Made by a program: the position numbers and the translations under genes. This document shows positions 25,025-37,022 of a DNA stretch of 64,000 bases, one piece after another; position 1 is the first letter of the stretch, and each line of letters starts with the position of its first letter. The stretch lies in assembly GCA_965287045.1 (NCBI GenBank), contig OZ336886.1:18600001-18664000 (forward strand), in the 5' to 3' direction. The notes beneath the pieces are model-generated. The model worked only from the letters and a program-made list of their open reading frames with translations, did no database searches and was not told the DNA's origin. Source of the stretch: Carcharhinus amblyrhynchos. Lineage: Eukaryota.

Positions 25025-25355
25025 ATGGTGGGAAGGCCTTAAGGGGCGGCACGGAGGTTAGCACAGTTGCCTCACAGCACCAGAGACCCAGATTCAATTT
25101 CCTGCTTGGGTCACTGTCTGTGTGGCGTTTGCACATTCTCCCTATGCCTGAGTAGGTTTCCTCTGCGTGCTCCAGTTTCCTCCCACAGTCCAAAGATGTG
25201 CGCATTAGGTGGATTGGCCATGTCAAATTGCCCCTTAGCATCAGGAAGCTAGCTAGTGTAAATGCATGGGATTATGGGGATAGAGCTTAGGTGTGATTGT
25301 GGTTGGTGCAGTCTCGATGGGTCAAATGGCCTCCTCTGCATTGTAGAATTCTATC
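25025..25355 (+). mobile_element. HE1-type V-SINE
   Basis: Full head, central domain and CR1-like tail. Confidence 0.85.
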
Positions 25356-25935
25356 ATTCAGGATGCATTGTTGCTGCTGAGATAGATTTGCATTTAAACG
25401 GCGTAGATTGGCAAGATCCGGGAGATCTTGGAGGTTCCTCAGGCTGGCACACACCTAGATTCAGGAGTCTGGTATAAAGGCACTCATCTCTTGAATCCCC
25501 CAAGTCCTTGTCTCAATGAAACTGCTGGAGAACTAGCTGTCTATCAGTGAAGTTGAAAATCTGAATGACAGTAAGGCTTCTGTGTTGCCCATTTTACAAC
25601 CTCAGATAAAGCGACAAGTGGAGGAGTTGGAGAAGGATTTAGCACCAGGAACAGATTTTGCAGACGAACTCAAATCTGCCCTTTTTCTGTACCGACTAAA
25701 AGTCCCCTTCCTAGACCATCCACGTGGATTTCTTAGATGTTATTCTTTGGAAACTCTCAAGCATTGCTCAAGAATTTCCAACTGTTTCAGACACCCAACT
25801 AAACAAAATAGATATATCTCAGAATTTGCATTTTGAAGTGGGCCTTAAACAAACTGATACAAAAAAAAGTTATTACGCTCGTGGTCTGCGTATATGGGGC
25901 AAAGAGGCTGCGCGTTAACAATCTCACATTTGTAC

Positions 25936-26082
25936 CTCAATATCAGGCCTGTCTTCAGGTTTCTCCTGCTGCATTTGATCGAGAAGGCTTCTCAATTCTT
26001 GGCTGAGGTTTGGTTCTAACTCGGGCTCTATCACATACTCAGCTGCAGCAGCAAGTGTAGCCCCCAAAGAATAGACATGAGC
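25936..26082 (-). CDS. KNDC1: KNDC1 coding exon (exon 4 equivalent), KIND1
   Basis: ttttcag|GCT...GAG|gtacaa. 147 nt, AHVYSLGATLAAAAEYVIEPELEPNLSQELRSLLDQMQQEKPEDRPDIE. Not in the ORF track, translated by hand. Confidence 0.95.
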
Positions 26083-26499
26083 CTGAAAATGTTAATAACA
26101 TTTAGAGAAAAGTTACAGTGTCACAGTATCTACTGAATATTCAAGTACGTTAAAACATACACAATTTCCCTTGACTTTAATGTAACTCTCACAACATTCC
26201 AAGCTTGTTATATCAGCAAAAAACAAATGACATTGTTTCAGGTTAACGTTACATTTATTGCTGAGCAAACTATTCAACAGTAACAGAAAGTAGAAAAAGC
26301 ATTTCATTAAAAATTAAGGAGAATTTGATACAATAGTCATTTTTAAAAGCGCTTTATTGAGAAAGAACAACTTATTTAAGAACAATGTTATTTATTGCAC
26401 CTACCCTAAGCAATAAACTCTAATATTGCAATGAATGATTTCTTCCACATGAGCACAAACTCGAAACTGTACCTCCCTCAACCAAAAATAACCATTATG

Positions 26500-26762
26500 A
26501 TTGGGGCAGCAGGGTGATCAGCGCTGCTGCCTCATAGCGCCAGGGCTCCAGGTTCAATTCCAGCCTCAAGTGACTGTGTGAAGTTTGTACATTGTTCCCA
26601 TGTCTGCATGGGTTTCCTCTGGTTGCTCTAGGTCCCTCTATGTGTAGGTTAGGGGGATTAGTGGGGCAAATATGTGGGGTTACAGGGTTAGGGCCTGGGT
26701 AAGATGCTCTGTAGAAGAGTCGGTGGCCTCCTTCTGCACTGTAGGGATTCAATGGTTCTATG
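26500..26762 (+). mobile_element. HE1-type V-SINE, internally deleted
   Basis: Head gcgctgctgcctcatagcgccaggg...ggttcaattcc, tail cttctgcactgtagggattc. Confidence 0.8.
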
Positions 26763-27074
26763 AGTTATCAATAATCTGTTAATTAAATGCAACCTTATAG
26801 TTAGCTATTTGTGAAAACTTCAGGTTTGTTTGTTGTGGAATAAAAATACTTTTCAAAATAAAAGGACAGCACAAAAATTATTAGCAGGACTAATTTGCAT
26901 CGGAGGCCCCCGCCCCCCCCAAAAAGTTTTGGACAGAAGTTGAATGGGGGAGGGTGGGAGGGGAGATAGCAGGTGGGATACAGCAGCTTCTCAAGTTTTC
27001 AGACTCTCATTGTCAGCATACCTTTTAGAAACTAAACTGTTTCAAAGAATCACAAGTCAATTATGACAAACTTA

Positions 27075-27505
27075 AGAGGAATAGTTGAGGACTCTGGGTC
27101 TGTACTCCTTGGAGTTTAGAAGGATGAGGGGGGATCTTATTGAAACTTACAGGATACTGCGATGCCCGGACAGAGTGGGTGTGGAGAGGATGTTTCCACT
27201 TGTAGGAAAAACTAGAACCAGAGAGCACAACCTCAGGCTAAAGAGACGATCCTTTAAAACAGGGATGAGGAGGAATTTCTTCAGCCAGAGAGTGGTGAAT
27301 CTGTAGAACTATTTGCTGCAGAAAGCTGCGGAGGCCAGGTCATTGAGTATCTTTAAGATAGAGATAGATAGGTCCTTGATTAAAAGGGGATCAGGGATTA
27401 TGGGGAAAAGGCAGGAGAATGCGGATGAGAAAAATACAGCCATGATTGAATGGTGGAACAGACGCGATGGGCCGAGTGGCCTAATTGTGCTTCTATGTCT
27501 TATGG
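27075..27505 (+). mobile_element. CR1 LINE 3' end
   Basis: ORF 27085..27306 LGLYSLEFRRMRGDLIETYRIL...RRNFFSQRVVNL. Confidence 0.9.
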
Positions 27506-27539
27506 TTATTCACTTCATTAAAGCACCTAACAAATAACT

Positions 27540-28380
27540 AGAAACCTCTCCTACTAGAAACATATTATCAAAATCTGGGACTTGAATATTCAAGTGTACA
27601 GGATATTTAGGAAGATGAGGAAGCTACGAAAAGATGGAGGGGTAGCTCTGTTAACTGAGGATGACATGGGTACAGTAGAGAGAGATGATCTTAGTTCTGG
27701 AGACCAAATATAGAATCAGAGATGAGAAATAATAAGTGTAGGAAGTCATTTGTGGGGCTGGTCTATTGGTCCCCTGATAAATTCAAAAGCAGAACCTCAA
27801 ATATAATAACCTCTGGATTGCTACCAGAGCCACAAACAATCTAGTTTAAAGTATTTTAGTTAAGGATTTATCAGATTTGAGTTAAATATGTGATTTCTAG
27901 ACTGTTGTGGAGAAAGGGGCTTTGATCCATGAGGCACTGGCACCAGTTCTGGGGCAAGTAGGAGCTGTATAATTGGGACGGTCTACATCTGAACTGTATT
28001 GGGATGAGTATTCTGGCAGGCTGTATAATTAAAGCGGTAGTGAGGACAATAGCAAAGGCTGAGACTCCTCTACTTTTACCTTCTGGGTCCCCCTATCTGT
28101 CTCACTTGCATTCATAGCTTTCTGTCCCTGATCATTTACTAAATCAGAAGACTCTATCCTTATGGGTGTGACTGCCTCCTGGTACAAAGAGTCGAGGTAT
28201 CTTTCCATGTCCATGATGCATTGCCCTGTCTGCAGATCAACCTCCAACTCAACGACTCTCACCCCAACACTCCTCAAGCTGCAACCTCTTACTGCGTTTC
28301 TCCTGGAACACTGCGGTGGCTCACAACTATCACACTCTGCAGTCACAACACATCACCTGCCCTGCCATCTTTTCTGTGTT
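27540..28380. mobile_element. Rearranged CR1 5' fragments (APE endonuclease +, ORF1 esterase +, ORF1 N-terminus -)
   Basis: 27575-27780: Y.IFRK.RK...GGVALL (APE). 27780-28030: KSRTS.II.SGLLPEP...HWHQFWGK.ELY.WDGLHLN (SGNH esterase). 28040-28380 minus: VRVVELEVDLQT..CI...ERYLDSLYQEAVTP. Confidence 0.7.
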
Positions 28381-28477
28381 AATTATTGATTCATTTATAA
28401 TCAATAAACACTGCCACCCAATAACCTTCACTACCAAGGGAAATCTGAGGGGCGGGGGCGGGGGGGGCGGAGGTACA

Positions 28478-29185
28478 CGTGGCAGCACAGTGCTTAGCAT
28501 TGTTGCCTCACAACACCAGAGACTTGGGTTCAATTCCCAGCTTGCATCACTATCTGTGTGGAGGCTGCACAGTGTCTGTGTGGGTTTCCTCCTGATGCTC
28601 TGGTTTCCTCCCACACTCTGAAAAACATGCTGGCTAGGTGTATTGGCCATGCTAAATTCTCCTTCAGTGTACCCGAACAGGCACTGAAGTGTGATGACTA
28701 GGGGATTTTCACAGTAATCATAGAATCCCTACACTAATCTCTAAGGTCGGGACATGTTTGGCACAACTGTGTGGGTCGTAGAGCCTGTATTGTACTGTAA
28801 TTTCTTCTATGTTTATATGCAGAATGAGGCTATTTGGCCCACTGAGTCTGCACCAAACATAATTCCACCCCCAGACCCTATTCCCGTAACCCCTCATATT
28901 TACCCTGCAATCCCCCTGACACTGGGGTTAATTAAGCATGGCCAACCAACTTAACCCTCACATCTCTGGACTGTGGAGGAAACTGGAACACCTGGAAGAA
29001 ACCCACACAGACATGGGGAGAACATGCAAACTCCACAGAGACAGTGACCCAAGACTGGAATTGAACCTGGTCCCTGGTGTTGTGAAGCAGCAGTGCTAAT
29101 CACTGTGCCACCGTGCCACACTGTAACTTCATTGCAGTGTTAATGAAAGCCTACTCGTGACACTAATAAATAAAAATAAATAAAA
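28478..29185. mobile_element. Nested SINE cluster: type-B V-SINE (+) containing HE1-type SINE (-, 28718-29118), itself containing a CR1 tail (~28737-28818)
   Basis: Outer tail ...ggggattttcacagtaa|cttcattgcagtgttaatg is split, with TSD cacagtaa (28710-28717) / cactgtaa (29119-29126). Confidence 0.8.
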
Positions 29186-29309
29186 CCTTACTACAACTAA
29201 TAGAACGTTTCAATTACAAATAAATTACATAAGTTAAAAGATAAATGAATAATATATCTGTAATCCTGCAATGGCAGACTTTGATTTCTCTCAGAATGTG
29301 GCCAAGAAT

Positions 29310-29845
29310 ATATGAATTCAGCCTTAGTTAGAGCCATGTCCAGTTTGCGACATTGCACTTTAAGGAAGATATGAAGGCGTTGGAGAGACTGCAGAAAACA
29401 TTTATGAGAATGATCTCAGAAATGAGGAACTTCAGTTATAAAGACAGGTTGAAGAAGTTGGGACTGTTTTCCTTGGAGAAGAGAAGGCTGAGAGGAGATT
29501 TGATCGCAGTCATATGAGGTAGGGACAGGGGAAAAACCACTTCCACTTGTAAAAAGGATAGAGAATGAGAAGGAACAGATTTAAAGTAATTGGCAAAAGA
29601 AACAAAAGTGACGTGAGAAAAGAACTTTCATGAAGTGAATGGTTACAGTCTGGAAGAAACTGCCTGAGAGTATGATGGAGGAAAGTTCAATCATAGCATT
29701 CAAAAGGGACTTTGGCTGGAAGGGAAGAACATGCAGGGCGACGGGGGAAAAGGCGATGGAATGACACTTGGTCAATCGGGCAGCCAATGAAGACACAATG
29801 GGCTAAATGACCTTCTTCTACACTGTAAAAATTCTGTGATTCAGT
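29310..29845 (+). mobile_element. CR1 LINE 3' fragment, decayed (same subfamily as 1-735)
   Basis: cactttaaggaagatatgaaggcgttggagag...gaagttgggactgttttccttggagaagagaaggctgagaggagatttgat. Confidence 0.85.
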
Positions 29846-30689
29846 GAAATGTAATAATACAACACTACACCAAACTAAATACACCAAAAGGCTCCCATAA
29901 GGCCAAACATAGTAGCAGCTTATATTTAGTCGAACACCAGCTAAACCAGAAAGCAACAGCCTGCATGAATGGAATATTGCCAGACTTGAAGAAATGGTCA
30001 CTGATGTAGTTTTAGGGTGCTCAGGACTGTAAGAGTTAATGTGGAGCTGGGGAAAAAGTACCATCCATATTATGATGTAGAAAGTCACATGGGAGGAGTA
30101 GAGTGTAGTAGTGAGTCTTGTCGAAGTCAACATGAAGATAGCACCTAGAGAGGACTGTATCCTCTGTTTATGCAAAAAGTTATAGGCTATTAATAAGCAG
30201 TCATTGTTCAGCCACACATGCTTCTAAATCTGTTCATCAAATAACATCCAATCTTACAACACCCAGGCATTTGGTAAGTGAGGAGTTCAAGAACATCTTG
30301 TGGGTTGGGGAGAAGTTAACATCAGGAAAGGAACCTTGTGGAGTTCTGAGGAGTACTGCTGCTTCACCCAGTTCCATACAGAAGCTTATAAAACAGATCC
30401 AGAACTTTTGTGGTCTCTTTTGGACCCAGGTCCCTTTTTTTATTGAGTTGGCCTGAGAAGCGAAAGACCAGATAGTGATTTTGCTAAGATGCCCCAACGA
30501 TATCGTTTCAGTACAATCTGTTTAGTGGTCTCATTGGATTTTGAGACATGTGCCTCTCACCTGCTTGAAAAGAGTAGATCAAGATTAAAACCCTCTGGGA
30601 TACAGGAGGACCAATAGGGTACGGTTCAGGTGTTGCTTTAACTACTTGCATTCTAGGCCTCAATCTGGTCTTTTATTTATTTCATGTTT

Positions 30690-30987
30690 GTTTATTTATT
30701 AGTGTCACAAGTAGATTTACATTAACACTGCAATGAAGTTACTGTGAAAATCCCCTAGTCACCACAGTACACTGCCTGTTCAGGTACACTGAGGGAGAAT
30801 TCAGCATGGCCAATGCACCGATCTGCACATTTTCAGACTGTGGGAGGAAACTGGAGCACCTGGAGGAAACCCACGCAGACATGGAGAGAATGTGTAGATT
30901 CCACACAGACAGTGACCCAAGCCAGGAATCGAACTTAGGTCCCTAGCGCTGTGAGGCAGCAGTGCTAACTACTGTGCTACCATGCTG
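30690..30987 (-). mobile_element. Full-length V-SINE with type-B tail
   Basis: Reverse complement of the 48225-48512 copy. Confidence 0.85.
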
Positions 30988-32208
30988 TGCAGTGCAATAC
31001 AATCTCTAGGGCAGTGATAAATATTCGAAGATCATGTAGTAAAGACAGAATTTTACTGTCAGTCATTGTAAATCAGTGGTCCTGTGGTTATTCTTTACTT
31101 TGCAAAGATGCCCACGCATAGAATCATGTAGCTCGTAACTTATCATGAGAAATGCCACAGATTTGCTAGTTGTAAAAGTTGTAAAAATGTCGAAACTGAC
31201 ATTTTTGCACTGTTTGGTGATGTCAGCGAAGGCTGGGTGATTTAGTGAATGTTAATCTATTAACGGAATGGATCCAAAGATTACATTCATCATTGGTCAT
31301 GTTGCGTAAACAAACTGCTTATATTTCAATGACTAAGCAAACATACAAGTCCTAACATGCCAGACCAAGAACATATCTAGTGAATCAAATCAGCAGAAGT
31401 ATTTTATATCCTTTGCCTTGCTAAAACCCCTACTGCAAGGGAAAACGTTTGATTGTTTTATTTTGATTTGCATCAAAAGATTAAGATTGCATTTCATAAC
31501 AAAAGGTTGGAAAATATCAAACATTGAGAGTATTTATTTGCATTAGTTAAAAGGAGCCAGCCATATCTCCAAATCAGTGAACACAGTTAGTGGGAATCAA
31601 ATAAATAGCAAGAAAATTATCATGTCCTAGAAGAGTACTGAACTCATATATAGCAAGACATTTTAGCTCACTGACAGTCACCAAGTGTAATACACACAGA
31701 TTTTATGGATGCCTTTTGTTGCATTTAGTTTGGTGCAAGTTTATCACTTGCTCACAAATGTCTGGTACATTTCACAGGATGGTGCAGAAGTGGGTGCGTC
31801 CCATTTCAAAAGCTGGGCCTCATTTAAATAGAGCTGCCCATCCCATGTGGGTATCTGGAGCAGCTTGGCATGTTCAGCCCAGAGGCTGCCTAACCAACAG
31901 AAAGGTCTTGAAAAAGAACATTGGGTTTAGTGTGAAATGAGTAATCAATTCATCATGAGCCTGTATCGCATTACTGGTGCGAACCAATTTCATCTCCTAA
32001 TTATTGGAGGCCAGGTTGCTATACTCCCACCTTTGATTCCATTGCTGTTAATTCTGTAAACGGCTGTTTGGGCTGCTAACCCCAAAGAGCTGAAAGAATT
32101 TCCAAAGTATTGTGCAAACGATGGCTCATTTTGTGGGACGCCACTTTGAGGCAGAGCGTTGTCTCTAATGGACTGAACTGGTATAGTTCCAATAATAAAC
32201 AAGAAGAA

Positions 32209-32444
32209 GGCATGATGTGGAGATGCCAGCGTTTGACTGGGGTGGGCACAGTAATAAGTCTCACAACGTCAGGTTAAAGTCCAACAGGTTTATTTGGAAT
32301 AATGAGCTTTCTGAGCGCTGTTCCTTCATCAGCTGAATGATCATTCACTTCATCACTCACCTGATGAAGGAGCAGCACTCCAAAAGCTCGTGATTCCAAA
32401 TAAACCTCCTGGATGTTAAGCTGGTGTTGTGAGACTTCTTACTG
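32209..32444. mobile_element. Palindromic PLE terminal-repeat insert with two inverted hammerhead motifs
   Basis: TSD aaacaagaagaa (32197-32208) / aaacatgaagaa (32445-32456). Plus motif tcac-ctgatga-aggagcagcactcc-aaaa-gctc-gtga at 32357-32393, minus motif at 32303-32336. Confidence 0.88.
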
Positions 32445-33429
32445 AAACATGAAGAAATCAGACCCTGTGAATCATAGGCCACCTTTATTGATACTACCAC
32501 GAACAAAAATTAGAAGAAAAGGTCCGGTCTATCCAGTTAACCTCATCCAGATGCTGTAGAGTCTTGTACCTCATAGATGTGCCCGCTGCCTCGCTCCCCC
32601 ACCCCACAACACCCATGCAATTATGCTATCTCCTGCAAGAAGCAAAAAAAAATTAAAGTTAGGACGAACTTTAATAAGTTTATCTCTTGCTCACAAATGT
32701 AATCAAGCAAGATCCAGGGCAGCGTGTTAATAAGAGTATCACTAATCATGGCAACAACGTTTTAATACATTACATGTCCTCTTCCAGCAGTAACTTTTCC
32801 CGTTCTCTTATGAATATCTACAGTAAATCAATACTCTGTAAACATTTTGGTATCATGTTCAATGATCAATTACCCTGTGGCAAAATAAATACTTCCTCCT
32901 ATCTCAATCTTTTCGTATACTTTTTATACAAATACCTCATGTTCTTTTTCAGCCAGGTAATAAGATGGACAGAATGGATTCTAAGATGCCCAATCTCTCC
33001 TATAAGCTTTGAATTTCTTTTAACCAAAGCATAAAGCCTAGATGTGGTACACACAACACGAGAAGAGAAATTGGGTTTGATGACTGAAGGTGGTGGCTGA
33101 ATTCAAAGTGGAATGCAAGCTTTGGAAATAGATTGTTACTCCTCCTTTCATCAAAAGATTATGATACATCCATCTACTTTTACATTACGGCTGCACCCAT
33201 ATTCAATTACCATTACTCAAATCTGCTTTTCAGTTCTGCTAACAACTATGAAGCAGTACCCACTGGAATTTACAACTGTCTTAAATGCACAGAGCAATGG
33301 AGTAGCCGACTGGCTTAGAATAAGTTGTTGGCAAGTCACAATGGAAGGATTGGTGTCAACCCATAGACTACTAATCTTAAGCTTCAGTAATGTATCTTAA
33401 TTTCAGAAATTTTCAATTTCTTCTACGTT

Positions 33430-33745
33430 TTTTTCATGGGATGTGTGCATTTCTGGAAGATCAGCATTTATTGCCCATCCCTAATTGCCCTCGAGGAGGT
33501 GGTGGTGGGCCACCCGCTTGAACCTGTAGTCTATCTGGTGCAGCTACTCCCGTATGCTGCTTGGAAGGGAGTTCCAAGGTTTTGATCCTGCAACAGTGGA
33601 GGAAGAGCAATATAGTTCCAACTCAGGATGGTGCGTGACTTGGAGAAGAATTTGCACGTTGTGGTGTTCCCACACACCTATTACTCTTGTCCTTCTAAGT
33701 GATAGAGGTCATGAGAGTCTGCTGTCAAAGAAGCCCTGGTGAGTT
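33430..33745 (-). mobile_element. Second LINE family 3' end (continues ~34610-34980)
   Basis: ttcatgggatgtg...cagcatttattgcccatccctaattgccctcgag... is the reverse complement of the 42660-42730 tail. Confidence 0.75.
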
Positions 33746-33749
33746 GGGG

Positions 33750-34412
33750 GAGGAAATGGCATTGTATAAATGTCAATGGATTAGCAGCCCAGAGGTTCAG
33801 GTTAATGCTCTTGGGACACGGATTCAAATCTCATCAGGGCAATTAATAAAATCTATAACTGAAAGCCAATCTCAGTAATGATGACCATAAAACCATCATT
33901 GATTCTTGCAAAAATTCATCTGGTTCACTGATCTCCTTTGGGGAAGGAATAGCCATACTCCTCTGGCCTACATAGACCAGGACCACAAAAACGGGTGTTG
34001 ATTCTTAACTGCCCTCTAAATGGGGGTGGGGGTCGGACTATAACTGGGGGAGTTTATGCAGGGGGGAGATCTGCAAGGGGGTAGCTATGGGGGGGTGGGG
34101 GGAGGGCAGAGTGTGGGCAAACCATGCAAGGATAGGCCTCAGAGGTGGTCTGAGGAGTTGGGGTTATGTCAAAGGTCTGCCTGCCACGGGACTCATCGGG
34201 AGATTCCTGATGCCAGCAAGGGTGTGGGGGTGTAACAATGTCCGGGGGGGGGGTCTCCCACTTGAGTAGGAGATATGGGCACTCTGTGCAATAGCACCCG
34301 AGTGTTATGCAGCTAGCTTTCCCGCTGTACTTGGGCTCCACCCCCACTTTGCTAATGCAAAGCTCCCAGCTGTCAGACAATTAGGGACAGGACAACAAAT
34401 GCTGGTCTTGCT
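33750..34412 (+). mobile_element. Second-family tRNA SINE interrupted by a 350-bp inverted copy of nearby DNA
   Basis: Head ggacacggattcaaatctca, body to aactgccctctaaatgg (~34023). The tail resumes at 34377 (acaattagggacaggacaacaaatgctgg). Confidence 0.7.
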
Positions 34413-37022
34413 TTGTCCTGAACGGTGTTTGCAATCATCTTGACAAATGGAGAGCATTCTGTTGCACCCCTTGGGAGGAATTTTCCAGTCCCATCCACTG
34501 GTGAGATTTTTCAGTCTCACTGAAGTCAATGGACATTTGAACAGCTTACTGCATCTTCTGACTCTGCCCCCTCCCACCACAATGGGGCTACAAAATTATG
34601 CCCCTCGTTGCAGGACTTTGGGGGTCAGGAGGTGAGTTACTCACCTCAGAATTTCCAGTCTCTAACCCATTTTTGTAGCCACCTTATTTAATTGGCTGGT
34701 TCAGTTCGGTTCCAAGTTAGTGGTAATCCCCCAGGATGCTGGCAGTGGGGCTGAACAGTGATAATGTCATTGACAGTCAAGGGGACTGTCAGAGGTGGCC
34801 ACTGTCTGGCACTTGTGTGGTGCAAATATCCTTGACCCCCATCAGCCCAAACCTGCACATTATCCAGTCTTGCAACATGTGAACCTCAGGACTTGAGGAG
34901 TCCCTAATGGTGTTGAACATCAATCATCAATGAACATCCCCATTTAGGATGAATGGAAGTTCATCATGAAGCAGCTGAAATGAGGGGCCTTTGTTTAACT
35001 TACACTTAAGTCCTTTGCTTTCTTCTTTTAGTCAACTGCCACCAAAAAATGCTTGGTTCTCAAAGTCTATATGACCAATTTTACTGATTTTCAGTCATAC
35101 AGAAACAGATTTGTGACAAAAAGGAATTTTTCAAAATGTATTACTTTTTGGTCGTATTTGATTTAGGGCAGTGAACTTCTTTTAATTACACATTCACCAC
35201 ATTGCATCTCTTGTGGTCTGTGATATTTTCTCTTGTAAATTCCTTAGGTCAAACAAAAGACATTTTATTTAGAAAATGCAGCCTTCTGTCTTCCACTTCA
35301 GTTTTAAGTGTGAAACCCCCAGAAGTTAAAATGATCCTAAAGAATCATAAAATAAACCCAATAACTTGTTTACTTCAGACATACTGAAGTAAATAATTTG
35401 TTCTTTGCCTTCTTCCATTAGATGGCACACTCTCCTCTGACGGCAAACATTGCTCACAGGGCTATTGTTATTTTCCTTCTGTAATGAATCTTTTCATTTT
35501 GCTAAATTTGTGCTAGATGTCTAGCCAGCTTGCCTTAGATAGTTGTTGGTTGGTTAGTTTGAAGGGAAATGTTGCATTATTCCTTGGTGTCTCGAACACT
35601 AAAAAAATTGGCAAAGGTCATGAATTAACCTGGAGTGGGATTTTCCAGCTCTTCCCACTAGCACGATCCGTCAGTCCTGCTGAGGGTACAGCCCCGTCCC
35701 CTTCACCAATCACAGCAGGTTTTCCAGCAGCGTGGCCCATGAGCAACAGAAACAGCCATTGGTTTTGGCGGGACCGAAAGATTCCACCAGTAGCCAAAGA
35801 TGGGCCACCTCAGCCGCTGGACAGCTCATCGTGCTGGAATGGCGGGGGAGTTGGGGGACAAGAATTTTGTTTTTCTCCAAGCAATGAAGAATAGAAATAA
35901 TATTATCTGCACTTAAATGAATTTTTGACACAACAGAGAAAATAGATCCGTTGTCTCATTTTTCATTTTGTTATTATAAGCAGTGCAGAAGCCTGACCCT
36001 CCGCAGAGTGATTCTCAGGAAATACCATCAGTACGTATTGTCATCTGTACTGTTGCCAACATGCGTCCTGTTGTTCCTTCTTCTACTGAAGGCTGCAATG
36101 TGAGTGCATATTACTTCGTTTTGACCCAGGCTACATATTTCACTGAGCTCACACAGTGACTTGTTCTCAGTGCCAAGAACATTTGGCAGCTGATTCGAGT
36201 AAGTCTCCATTGTCACTAGTTCTCAGGCTGGTACTGGGTTGTGTCATCTGTGTTCATCTCTTTACTGGGGCCTTGGATATTAAACCGTCGCCAGTGCTGA
36301 TTAGAAGCTGGTACCACAAAACCCTCAGAATCTGTACTCCTTTCTTTGGAGAGGGTCATTTGTCCTGATGCTTTTTTTTGAAAGATCATGTTTATCGTGT
36401 TTTGTGAGAGCAAAGCCAGTTACACTGTAGTGAACAACTTGAGGAACAACAAACTCAAATGCTGGAGCTGCAGGAAGATGCACTGACCATGACAGGATCA
36501 ACCTTTCTAATGAGCAAGTTCTGAGTCTGCACCGGTAAACATGAGGGCTGGAATCTCCCAAATAAACATCATAGAAGTGTGAAAACTGGGGTGTTCCACA
36601 CTGGTCTTTTGGGCAAATTTGGCACTGCAATCTTACAGCATTCAGTCAGTTTTGCTGACAGCTGGGAGCTTTTGCATTAGCAAAATGGGGGTGGAGCCCA
36701 AGTACACCAGGAAAGCTGGCTGCATAATGCTTGGGTGCCTTTGCACAGAGTGCCTGGCTCTCCTACTCAAGTGAGAGATCTCCTCCCCCACCAGGGACAT
36801 TGTTACACCCCCAAACAGGTCGCCGGCATCAGGAATCTCCTGATGAGTTCCCTAGCAGGCAGACTTTCGACATAACCCCAACGCACCCCCCACACCTCCC
36901 GGGCCACTTCTGAGGCCCATCCTTGCATGGCTTGCCCACACTCTGTCCTCCCCCAACCCATAGCTACCCCCTTGCAGAGCTCCCCTCTGCATAAACTCCC
37001 CCAGTTATAGTCCGACCCCCAC
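34026..37022. repeat. Local inverted repeat, ~350-bp arms (34026-34376 / 36655-37022)
   Basis: gggggtcggactataactgggggagtttatgcag...agctcccagctgtcag vs ctgacagctgggagct...ctgcataaactcccccagttatagtccgaccccc. Confidence 0.92.

Noticed and set aside
36028-36630. Cluster of short minus-strand ORFs that look coding-like
   Set aside because: The frames are discontinuous, I recognise no homology, and exons 3 and 4 join without a gap in the KIND1 alignment.
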